Below are positions 9,601 through 15,744 of a DNA stretch of 17,434 nucleotides, one piece after another. The DNA lies in the NCBI GenBank assembly GCA_038882655.1, contig JAVZNT010000018.1, positions 1-17,434 of the forward strand. Direction: 5' to 3'. Within the stretch, counting starts at the first letter, position 1. Every line of letters begins with the position of its first letter. The DNA comes from Candidatus Bathyarchaeia archaeon. GTDB taxonomy: Archaea > Thermoproteota > Bathyarchaeia > Bathyarchaeales > Bathycorpusculaceae. The notes under the pieces are model-generated. The model worked only from the letters and a program-made list of their open reading frames with translations. It did no database searches and had not been told where the DNA came from. Made by a program: the position numbers and the translations under genes.

Positions 9601-9999
9601 AGATTTCAGCATTACTGGAATGTTGCCAATAAAAACGAGTTCGGTGTCTTGTTCTCTGCCGTCCACAACAGGCGTCATTTCAAGGGCTATTGGCGCCGCG
9701 TATGTTAGGTTTCGAAGCCTAACTTCTATTGGGTAAATCTCGTGTTTTGTGCCGTCAACCTCCGTCGCATATGGACCGCTTATCCTCGTCTGGGGATCAA
9801 TTATCCAAACTTGTCCAAGCTTAACGGTGTAGGGGCACTCTGGAACTTCTATCGGAATTTCTCCAACTTCGTCTATAACCTCTTGCAAGCCGTGGTCTAT
9901 GAACTCGTTATAGGAGTCTAGGTGCTGGCGGACCAGTCCCTTCTCTTTAAAGAAAGCTTTCAAAAGCGTGTTAACATCGTCCTTTGAAAGTTTAACCAT
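6634..9999 (-). CDS. rpoB: DNA-directed RNA polymerase subunit B (Rpo2), unsplit
   Basis: GGYFIVNGSERV, ETPEGSNCGLVKNL, GYNMEDA, GDKFASRHGQKG, RQPTEGRARGGGLRFGEMERD and C-terminal Zn ribbon CENC...CRIC. Confidence 0.98.
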   Translation of the reverse strand: MVKLSKDDVNTLLKAFFKEKGLVRQHLDSYNEFIDHGLQEVIDEVGEIPIEVPECPYTVKLGQVWIIDPQTRISGPYATEVDGTKHEIYPIEVRLRNLTYAAPIALEMTPVVDGREQDTELVFIGNIPVMLKSKLCFLSQLSREELIAVGEDPDDPGGYFIVNGSERVIVAMEDLAPNRIIVDIDEKGTTPVYQAKLFSTTVGFRARIELKMKSDGALYVTMPGVPTEVPFVIVMRALGLESDKEIAEAVSVDEEIQSELEPSFEKAVGVDTVKDAILFIGNRVAHGQVEEYRIQKAEAAIDKNFLPHLGRTNQSRREKAIFLGEMACRVIELKLGRRKPDDKDHFKNKRLRLAGPLLADLFRVAFRNLVRDIKYQLERIGVKGPIITVSAAVRPGIITERLQHALATGNWGRGRVGVTQLLDRTNYLSTLSHLRRLQSPLSRSQPNFEARDLHSTHWGRLCPNETPEGSNCGLVKNLALSASISVGVNPEKIKQILFSMNVTPVYEANETLKRYGAKVFVDGTIVGYCATPEKVVQEFRQRRRMGEISTEVNIAYFSKEYEEREEIYVNCDEGRVRRPLIIVENGVPRLQPEHIEKITRGEWSWEDLVKNGIMEYLDADEEENAYVAISAEEITPEHTHLEISTHTILGICASTIPYAEHNQSPRNSYQAAMAKQALGVFATNFPLRVDSRSHILHYPQAPLVETALMEVMGYKLRPSGQNCIVAVLSYEGYNMEDALIFNKASIERGLGRSTFYRIYEAECRQYMGGLKDKFVIPEPGTRGFRGEQYYRLLEPDGIISLEAQVAGGDVLIGRTSPPRFLEEYKEFEVKGPSMRDTSVDMRPSETGIVDAVFVTESGEGSKLVKVRVRDQRIPELGDKFASRHGQKGVIGLIVPQEDMPFTEDGIVPDIIINPHAIPSRMTIGQFMESIAGKVAAMRGKPVDGTPFSNEKAENLRKALIKLGFSHTGKEVFYNGVTGEKFVADVFIGIVYYQKLHHMVADKIHARARGQVQMLTRQPTEGRARGGGLRFGEMERDCLIGHGAAMLLRDRLLEESDKYTLYICENCGYIAYYDLKQRKYVCRICEDKAKISPVIVSYAFKLLLQELMSLCVAPKLKLKERA

Positions 10000-10283
10000 T
10001 ACTAAATCAACCCCGCAATCTCCACTTTAAATCGACGATGAGGGAATGAACGTTGTGCGGGTTTCCTCAAACTTTTAATTTCCTCCGCTTTTGGGTCATC
10101 CAGTTTAAAAAGTCTCCAATATATTGAAGCTAAACACGTAAAACTGCACAGCCCACTAATAAACTTTTTTGTGGAAAAATCCATGTTCAAGCCCCACGCC
10201 GCTAAGAAAACCAACATTTATTGGGCTTTTCCAAACTCAATAGAAGCTCCTCCACTCTATTTCCCAGCTTCGAAAACGCAGTC

Positions 10284-10297
10284 GGTAAGCTTAAATC
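10284..10297 (+). promoter_or_regulatory. BRE/TATA promoter of tRNA-Leu
   Basis: GGTAAG-CTTAAATC centred about 30 bp upstream of the mature tRNA 5' end (10324). Confidence 0.55.
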
Positions 10298-10323
10298 TCA
10301 TTATCCATTCTTTGAAAGAATGG

Positions 10324-10447
10324 GCGGCGGTAGCCAAGCCAGGTCAAAGGCGGAGGACTCAAGGTCGGCGTTTAGAAAGGCTTTAAACCCCTATGAGCCA
10401 TCCTCTCCCGTAGGGGTTCGCCGGTTCAAATCCGGCCCGCCGCACCA
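10324..10447 (+). tRNA. tRNA-Leu(CAA) with a 36-nt intron at position 37/38 (10364-10399) and encoded CCA
   Basis: Acceptor GCGGCGG/CCGCCGC, discriminator A, then CCA. D arm GCC/GGC. Anticodon stem GAGGA/TCCTC with CT-CAA-G. Long variable arm CCC-GTA-GGG. T arm GCCGG-TTCAAAT-CCGGC. Bulge-helix-bulge: CTCA/TGAG helix flanked by 3-nt bulges AG|G and CC|A. Confidence 0.96.
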
Positions 10448-10554
10448 CAGTCACTTTTAATTGTTAGATTTTGCTATGGTTTGTTGTAAACAGTGTGAGC
10501 CGGCATAAAGGCATATATCTCGCGATGTGCTTTTGAAGATGCTTAAAGGCGAAG

Positions 10555-11472
10555 ATGGAAATGGCTCTCGCCGAAAAAATATTACAGTTAAAGAAGGAGA
10601 AGAAAGCGGTCATTTTGGCTCACAACTATCAGAGACCAGAGGTTCAAGACATCGCCGACTACGTAGGGGACAGCATAGAACTCAGCAGAAAAGCCATGGA
10701 GGAGAAGGAAGCCGAAATAATTGTTTTTGCAGCAGTTGATTTCATGGCTGAATCCGCAGCCATTTTGAACCCGGAAAAGAAGGTTTTGCTGCCTTCTGCT
10801 GGTGCCCGCTGTCCTATGGCACAGATGCTGACCGTTGACGAGATTAAGAGGTGGCGTGTTCTTTACCCGCTTGTGCCGCTAGTTTTGTACGTTAACACTT
10901 TGGCTTCTGCAAAGGCTTACTGTGATGTATGCTGCACATCAGCCAACGCTGTTGAAGTGATAAACGCCTTGGACGCTGAAACGGTTCTTTTTGGACCAGA
11001 CCACAACCTAGCGGAATACGTACAGGAAAAAACTGGAAAAACAATTATTCCAATTCCAGAACGCGGCTTTTGCCCAACCCATCTCCTATTCCAACCAGAA
11101 GAAGTGCATGTTCTAAAGGATGATTATCCAGATGCGATTGTTATGGTTCATCCGGAGTGCACGGCTGAAATGCGGAAAATAGCCGACTTCATTGGGAGCA
11201 CGTCCCAAATGTGCCGATACGCAAAGGAAAGCAACGCTGAAACATTTATTGTGGCAACAGAGGAGGGGCTTCTGCATCGTTTGAATAAAGACAATCCGGA
11301 CAAACGTTTTGTTTTGGCATACGAGGGCGCCGTCTGCCCCAACATGAAGCTTAACACTCTTGAAAGAATCTATACATCCCTTAAAGAGGAGAAGCAGGTG
11401 GTCACTGTTCCAGAGCCAATAGCAAGCAAAGCTAGAAAAGCCCTGGAAAAAATGTTTGAAATAACGCATTAA
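10555..11472 (+). CDS. nadA: Quinolinate synthase ([4Fe-4S])
   Basis: ILAHNYQRPEVQDIADYVGDS, FMAESAAILNP, YVNT, CCTSANA, VHPEC, GSTSQM; three cluster cysteines in RCPMA, FCPTH and VCPNMK. Start is 10555 or 10561. Confidence 0.96.
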   Translation: MEMALAEKILQLKKEKKAVILAHNYQRPEVQDIADYVGDSIELSRKAMEEKEAEIIVFAAVDFMAESAAILNPEKKVLLPSAGARCPMAQMLTVDEIKRWRVLYPLVPLVLYVNTLASAKAYCDVCCTSANAVEVINALDAETVLFGPDHNLAEYVQEKTGKTIIPIPERGFCPTHLLFQPEEVHVLKDDYPDAIVMVHPECTAEMRKIADFIGSTSQMCRYAKESNAETFIVATEEGLLHRLNKDNPDKRFVLAYEGAVCPNMKLNTLERIYTSLKEEKQVVTVPEPIASKARKALEKMFEITH

Positions 11473-11486
11473 AAGCTCTCATCTTT

Positions 11487-11903
11487 TCAAAGCGAGACAA
11501 TCATTGTTTTGAGAAGCTTAACACCCCGCTTTGATGAAAGTTCATCGCTTAACCGCCGAATTTCAGCGGCGTCACCCTTAACTGCTATGGCTTCTAAGCA
11601 ATCCTGCTCTGTCAAGTGAATATGCATTGTTGAAGAGATTATGCCAGCATAACAGTGCTGTACATCCGTGAGGGCATCTTCTAAACCCCTGACCTCATGG
11701 TCGTAGAGAAGCATTAAAACCCCGGCTTGAAGGCCTTTTTCCTCTTGAAGCCACTTTCGCTCGGAAACAAAAAGTCTAACAGCGTCTTGAACGGCCTTAG
11801 AGCGGTTTTCATAGCCCATTTTTTGGATTACCTCGTCGAAGTCCCTTAAAAGGTCTGGTGGAAAGGTTACGCTTACACGCACTATTTTCTCAGTTTTCGC
11901 CAT
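11487..11903 (-). CDS. nikR: Nickel-responsive regulator NikR (ribbon-helix-helix plus ACT-like metal domain)
   Basis: RVSVTFPPDLLRDFDEVIQKMGYENRSKAVQDAVR (RHH); YDH...VQH...STMHIHL...CLE has the NikR Ni-ligand pattern H..HxH..C. ATG 11903 preferred; alternative GTG at 11912. Confidence 0.92.
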   Translation of the reverse strand: MAKTEKIVRVSVTFPPDLLRDFDEVIQKMGYENRSKAVQDAVRLFVSERKWLQEEKGLQAGVLMLLYDHEVRGLEDALTDVQHCYAGIISSTMHIHLTEQDCLEAIAVKGDAAEIRRLSDELSSKRGVKLLKTMIVSL

Positions 11904-11956
11904 AGGAACCACATTTTTATTTTGGGTTTTTAATCATAAAGTTTTTATGCAGAATA

Positions 11957-11984
11957 GTATTACGTTTTTAGAAAAAAGTATTAC
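11957..11984. promoter_or_regulatory. Putative NikR operator GTATTAC-N14-GTATTAC (28-bp pseudo-palindrome)
   Basis: GTATTACGTTTTTAGAAAAAAGTATTAC matches its own reverse complement at 22 of 28 positions. It has the same length and outer GTA...TAC as the E. coli NikR operator GTATGA-N16-TCATAC, and lies just downstream of a TATA-like TTTTTATG (11942-11949), between nikR and the divergent operon. Confidence 0.75.
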
Positions 11985-11988
11985 ATGG

Positions 11989-12519
11989 ATGAAAATGCAC
12001 CTTAAACCAGTTGACATAGCGATAATAGCCATCTTCTCAGCCATGTGGGTGACATTAAACTTGACAATAGGACCCTTAGGATTTACGCTGTTCCATTTGC
12101 CCATATTTTGCGACTTCTCCGTCTATTTTACTTTGCTTTTGGCTACTTGGGCTTCTGGCAGAACTGGAATACCTTCAATGGTCGGCATAATAGGCGCCAT
12201 AATAGTGTTAGCAATTAGACCAGCATCAACGCAAATGATAGGTTTTCTAGCGTCAGCCATCCTCTTCGACGCCCTAATGACGCTGTGTAAGCACGAAATC
12301 AAATTTAAACCCTATAATATTGCTGTAACAGCCATTACAACAATGGTATCTGCCTATTTCGCAGGTGTGGTTATTGGAACAGTTTTCATGGCAAGATCTT
12401 TGGAGTGGGCACTAACATTTTGGGGTGCGTGGCACTTGATAGGCGGAGTAATAGGCCTAATAATTGCTTTACCGGTGATGGGGACCCTTGAAAGGGCAAA
12501 GGTGAAGGAAGTCAAATGA
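11989..12519 (+). CDS. ECF transporter S-component-like integral membrane protein (about 5-6 TM)
   Basis: About 176 aa and almost entirely hydrophobic. Helix 1 DIAIIAIFSA carries the AxxxA motif, and the GRTG...VGII loop is typical of S components. The ATG at 11947 falls within the TATA box/operator, so 11989 or 11995 is the likelier start. Confidence 0.6.
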   Translation: MKMHLKPVDIAIIAIFSAMWVTLNLTIGPLGFTLFHLPIFCDFSVYFTLLLATWASGRTGIPSMVGIIGAIIVLAIRPASTQMIGFLASAILFDALMTLCKHEIKFKPYNIAVTAITTMVSAYFAGVVIGTVFMARSLEWALTFWGAWHLIGGVIGLIIALPVMGTLERAKVKEVK

Positions 12520-12965
12520 GTAATAAAAAAGAAGCCCTAACACTTGAGATTAAAAACGCTGAAAACTTTCACGGGCATCTTGGACCGTTCTTGGTTATAG
12601 GAGTGAAAATGGCTAGGTTAGCGAAGAAAATACTAAACGTGGACAGAAACAAACTATGGGACTTGCAGGTGGTGGCGGAACTCCCATTAATAACTCCTTA
12701 TTCATGCATCCTCGATGGTATTCAGGCAACTACTCAATGCACTGTGGGGAACAGAAAACTCGAAGTGAGAAGTTCTGATGAAAGCGTAGTGGCAATTTTT
12801 AAACTAAAAAGTCAAAACAAAACTTTGAAAATTCACGTAAACAAGCAGATGATAGAAATGCTGAAAGAACAACTTTCAAAAGGCGCTTCTAACGAGGACC
12901 TCGCCTGGAAAATAGCGGACATGCCGGAAAACCAGCTGTTTAACATTGAAAACGGTAAATTCTAA
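12516..12965 (+). CDS. FmdE-family protein (formylmethanofuran dehydrogenase subunit E-like, putative metal-binding)
   Basis: FHGHLGPFLVIG and SCILDGIQATTQCTVGNRKL are the FmdE signature motifs. There is no C-terminal Zn finger. ATGA overlap with the upstream gene. Confidence 0.88.
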   Translation: MSNKKEALTLEIKNAENFHGHLGPFLVIGVKMARLAKKILNVDRNKLWDLQVVAELPLITPYSCILDGIQATTQCTVGNRKLEVRSSDESVVAIFKLKSQNKTLKIHVNKQMIEMLKEQLSKGASNEDLAWKIADMPENQLFNIENGKF

Positions 12966-13043
12966 TCTCTCTACCGCCACATTCCTAGTGTTTGGAAAGC
13001 CAAAAGTTATTATCAGGTGAAGTTGCCAAATGAATGGGGGAGC

Positions 13044-13463
13044 GTGAAGTTTATATCAGGAAATGACGTTGAACTGAGACGTATTAGAGAAAGAAAACTG
13101 CGCGAGTTAATGAAAGAGCTTGAGGAGAAGAAAAGTTTGGGTGGACAAGTAATCCATATTACAGATTCAAATTTTAAGGAAATTGTGAGCAAAAATCCGC
13201 TTGTGCTTGTTGACTTTTTTGCGGATTGGTGCATGCCTTGCCGAATGATGGCGCCAGTGATAGAGGAACTGGCAAAGGAGTATGCTGGCAAAGTTCTTGT
13301 TGGAAAACTTAATGTGGACGAAAATCCGGCGACAGCCGACCGTTTCCAAGTTTTTAGCATACCAACTCTTGTAATCTTGAAGGTTGGAGATGAAGTTGAT
13401 AGGATAGTGGGCTTTGTGCCAAAAAGCCAAGTTGAAGCCCGTCTCAAAAAATATTTGGAGTGA
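13044..13463 (+). CDS. trxA: Thioredoxin with an N-terminal charged helix
   Basis: VLVDFFADWCMPCRMMAPVIEELA, KLNVDENP and the cis-Pro motif SIPTL. GTG 13044 follows GGGGGAG and a TATA-like GTTATTAT (about 13006-13013); the ORF track start is 13017. Confidence 0.92.
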   Translation: MKFISGNDVELRRIRERKLRELMKELEEKKSLGGQVIHITDSNFKEIVSKNPLVLVDFFADWCMPCRMMAPVIEELAKEYAGKVLVGKLNVDENPATADRFQVFSIPTLVILKVGDEVDRIVGFVPKSQVEARLKKYLE

Positions 13464-13472
13464 AAAAGGGAC

Positions 13473-13607
13473 ATGGACTTGCATGAGCGCAGAGTTGTAG
13501 GCGCCCTCTTACTACTTTTAGGTGTATCCCTATTCGCCATAGGCTTATACGCTGGACAGTTAAACGCCATAATTGAGCTTTTAAAGAAAGCTTTTGCATC
13601 CTTCTAG
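13473..13607 (+). CDS. Single-TM microprotein, 44 aa (MDLHERRVVGALLLLLGVSLFAIGLYAGQLNAIIELLKKAFASF); not in the ORF track
   Basis: ATG 9 bp after the trx stop, preceded by GGAGTGA...GGG. It has a clean TM helix after RR and an amphipathic tail, and fills the gap before the next promoter. Confidence 0.6.
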   Translation: MDLHERRVVGALLLLLGVSLFAIGLYAGQLNAIIELLKKAFASF

Positions 13608-13670
13608 CTAAAACGGCAAAGCACTTAACTTTATAGCCTAATAATTCGGTGCATTTGATAGGGTGAATGT

Positions 13671-14237
13671 ATGAGCCCAAAAATTGAAAGTGAAAGTGGC
13701 GAGAAAGAAGCCATTTTTGAGGTGGCAAAGCTTATGCTAGCCGCTGCAAGAACAGCTCCAAAAACAGCTGGGATAGACGACATTCTAACCCTCATTGTTT
13801 ATGGTGAGGAGAAAAACGCTATAGCCGAAAAAATGGAAAAGATAGCCGAACAGAGGAAAATCGACGGATTTAAACGAGACGCAAAAAACGTGAAAGAATC
13901 AGAAGTTGTAGTTCTAATAGGGGTTAGGGGGAACAAAAGCATAGGAATCAACTGTGGAGCCTGCGGCTACAAAAACTGTAGTGAATTTGAAGAAGCTCAA
14001 AAACGGGCGGGACAAGACTTTACTGGTCCAACATGCCTCTTTAAGGCTTTAGACCTTGGAATAGCCCTAGGCTCAGCAGTTAAAATTGCAAGTATCTTAA
14101 ACATTGACAACCGCATAATGTACCGCATAGGCACAGCAGCATTAAAGTTAAACCTAATGCCCGAAGCAACAGTCGCTATGGGAATACCGCTTTCAGCAAA
14201 GGGCAAGAACATATACTTTGATAGAAAATGGCCTTAA
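13671..14237 (+). CDS. DUF2148-type ferredoxin-domain / nitroreductase-like Fe-S protein
   Basis: AARTAPK..GID, NCGACGYKNC...GPTC, DLGIALGSAVK...IDNRIMYRIG, GIPLSAKGKNIYFDR. SD GGGTGA at 13661-13666 and TATA TTTATAG at about 13633. Confidence 0.85.
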   Translation: MSPKIESESGEKEAIFEVAKLMLAAARTAPKTAGIDDILTLIVYGEEKNAIAEKMEKIAEQRKIDGFKRDAKNVKESEVVVLIGVRGNKSIGINCGACGYKNCSEFEEAQKRAGQDFTGPTCLFKALDLGIALGSAVKIASILNIDNRIMYRIGTAALKLNLMPEATVAMGIPLSAKGKNIYFDRKWP

Positions 14238-14248
14238 GCCTTTCAACT

Positions 14249-14857
14249 TTAGCTTTGGCTCCTCATTTTTTCGTACATTTTCTCCAAAGTCCATTTGACA
14301 CTCGACTTAAGCTCTTTTAGGCGTTCAGCATCAAAATTTCTGACGTGGATTTCGCGGATGATTTCGCCGTCCCTAACAATGTTGTAGGAAAAAATTTCTT
14401 CTGGCTTAAGCTTTCCAGCCTTGGCTAGTTCGCCGTCTTTTTGTTGCATTTTCGCCAAAACCCTTTCAACTAGAAACTGGTTAAACGGAGGAGTATTAAT
14501 GTTAAATTTTTTGTCTTCAGTTAAGACAATTTTTAGAAAGTCATCATGAACATAGAGTGTCGCGAGTAGTTCGCCAGCGGCGGTTTTTAAGGGAATAACT
14601 TCTTTAAACTCTATCATCTGCGCTGGTGGCTGAATCACCATCTCCTCTTCTTTTATTGGCACAGCCACCGCTGGTGGTGTCGGCGCTGGGGCTTTTGCAA
14701 TTTCAGCTCGTTTGAACCCTTTAGCCAAAAGAACAGAGTTTACGGCTTCCAAAATTGATTTTAGCTCTTTAAGCTCTAACTCAAGCTTTTCAACTCTCTT
14801 TTCAAGTTTCTTTTTGAAGACTAGAAGCCTCTTAATCTCTTCAGCCTCTTCAGACAT
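14249..14857 (-). CDS. Hypothetical protein: N-terminal coiled coil, Pro/Ala linker, globular C-terminal domain
   Basis: 202-aa ORF with heptad LEKRVEKLELELKELKSILEAV and linker APAPTPPAVAVP. Function not recognised. Confidence 0.75.
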   Translation of the reverse strand: MSEEAEEIKRLLVFKKKLEKRVEKLELELKELKSILEAVNSVLLAKGFKRAEIAKAPAPTPPAVAVPIKEEEMVIQPPAQMIEFKEVIPLKTAAGELLATLYVHDDFLKIVLTEDKKFNINTPPFNQFLVERVLAKMQQKDGELAKAGKLKPEEIFSYNIVRDGEIIREIHVRNFDAERLKELKSSVKWTLEKMYEKMRSQS

Positions 14858-14924
14858 GTCCGCTCACAGCTAGAATATATGTGGTATTCTACTTATCAAA
14901 TCTTTGATTGGGTAAACTAGGAAT

Positions 14925-15425
14925 TTAGAAAGTCTCCGCAAGTGTGCAATCTTCAAGGCTTGGCTTTAGGTTGGCGTACTCTTCAATTTTTACTCTAAAC
15001 TCTTTCTCAAGAAAGTTTTCAAACTCTTGGAAAACTTTGCTATCTGTAAGATTCAGTTTAACACATGTGCTTCGCCCTTCGGTGAGGGGACTCAAATCGT
15101 AGAGGGCAACTTTTTTTGCAAAGGCTGGATTCTCAAGGAAAAAGTTTAAGAGGCTTTCTGGCGGCGTTTCGGAGAAAATCCAAGCCATGTAAGAGGCTTC
15201 AACAACCCGATAAGATAGACCTTCACGAACAACACACTTTCTGTTTTGGGCAATATTCCGAAAAGATGACGGGTGAATGTTTCGAGTTAAGAGGAAATTG
15301 TGATATTTATGGTCAGCTTCAACCCAGTCCTCGCTTTCAGAAGTTTTCCAACCGCGAAAACTGCAAGTTTCCTTAAACTTTTTAAGAATTTCCCAAATCT
15401 TTGAAGTTTTCATCTCTGAACACAA
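14925..15425 (-). CDS. Hypothetical alpha/beta protein
   Basis: 166-aa ORF (TTG 15425 or ATG 15413) with a GAGAGG SD-like element and TATA TTTAAATC at 15475-15468 on the minus strand. Confidence 0.72.
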   Translation of the reverse strand: MCSEMKTSKIWEILKKFKETCSFRGWKTSESEDWVEADHKYHNFLLTRNIHPSSFRNIAQNRKCVVREGLSYRVVEASYMAWIFSETPPESLLNFFLENPAFAKKVALYDLSPLTEGRSTCVKLNLTDSKVFQEFENFLEKEFRVKIEEYANLKPSLEDCTLAETF

Positions 15426-15492
15426 ACCTCTCTGTTAGAATTTTCTAGAAAAATATTCTATCCCACAGATTTAAACTTATTTGTCAGCTTAT

Positions 15493-15744
15493 CTGCAAAA
15501 ATGTAGCTTTAAAAAATAAGAATTGAAAGATTGTAGATTAAAAACTATTTTTTCAGACAATTTTCCGAAAAAATGTAGAAGGCGCATGAGAGCATTATTT
15601 TAAGGGCACAAGGAAGACTCGCACACGATTACCAGCGCGTTTCTGTTGCGCTTTCCAGTGCTATTTAATCGAACGCTTTCCGATTTTGAGCCGTTTTTTC
15701 TACATTTTTCCGACAACAAACGATATATTTTAGACGTGTTCTAA
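15493..15744. promoter_or_regulatory. Arrays of 15-bp semi-palindromic Lrp-type boxes in a divergent promoter region
   Basis: Related 15-mers at 15493-15507, 15523-15537, 15554-15568, 15565-15579, 15669-15683, 15699-15713 and 15730-15744. Consensus is approximately TCTACAWTTTTCCGA in either orientation. The region is adjacent to an Lrp/AsnC gene. Confidence 0.55.

Noticed and set aside
2811-9999. Inteins in the RNAP subunits
   Set aside because: Lengths are normal (1273 and 1121 aa), conserved motifs are contiguous, and no intein termini or LAGLIDADG blocks are seen.
10002-10217. 71-aa minus-strand ORF in the rpoH position
   Set aside because: It has the right size and place but no RpoH motifs, has atypical composition, and spans the likely rpoB promoter. 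Treated as spurious.
10420-10447. tRNA 3' end as the attachment site of an integrated element
   Set aside because: No duplicate of the tRNA 3' end and no integrase were seen in the window; the downstream genes are housekeeping.
10171-10460. Plus-strand ORFs of 71 and 79 aa
   Set aside because: They overlap the tRNA-Leu gene and its promoter.
11947-11988. N-terminal extension MQNSITFLEKSITW of the S-component-like ORF
   Set aside because: It coincides with the TATA box and operator; the SIT...SIT repeat is just the translated operator half-sites.
12516-12965. FmdE as evidence of a formylmethanofuran dehydrogenase or methanogenesis operon
   Set aside because: No fmd/fwd catalytic subunit genes are nearby, and FmdE-family proteins are widespread outside methanogens.
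13013-13728. Minus-strand ORFs of 185, 105 and 94 aa
   Set aside because: They are antisense to thioredoxin, the microprotein and the DUF2148 start, with no protein-like features.
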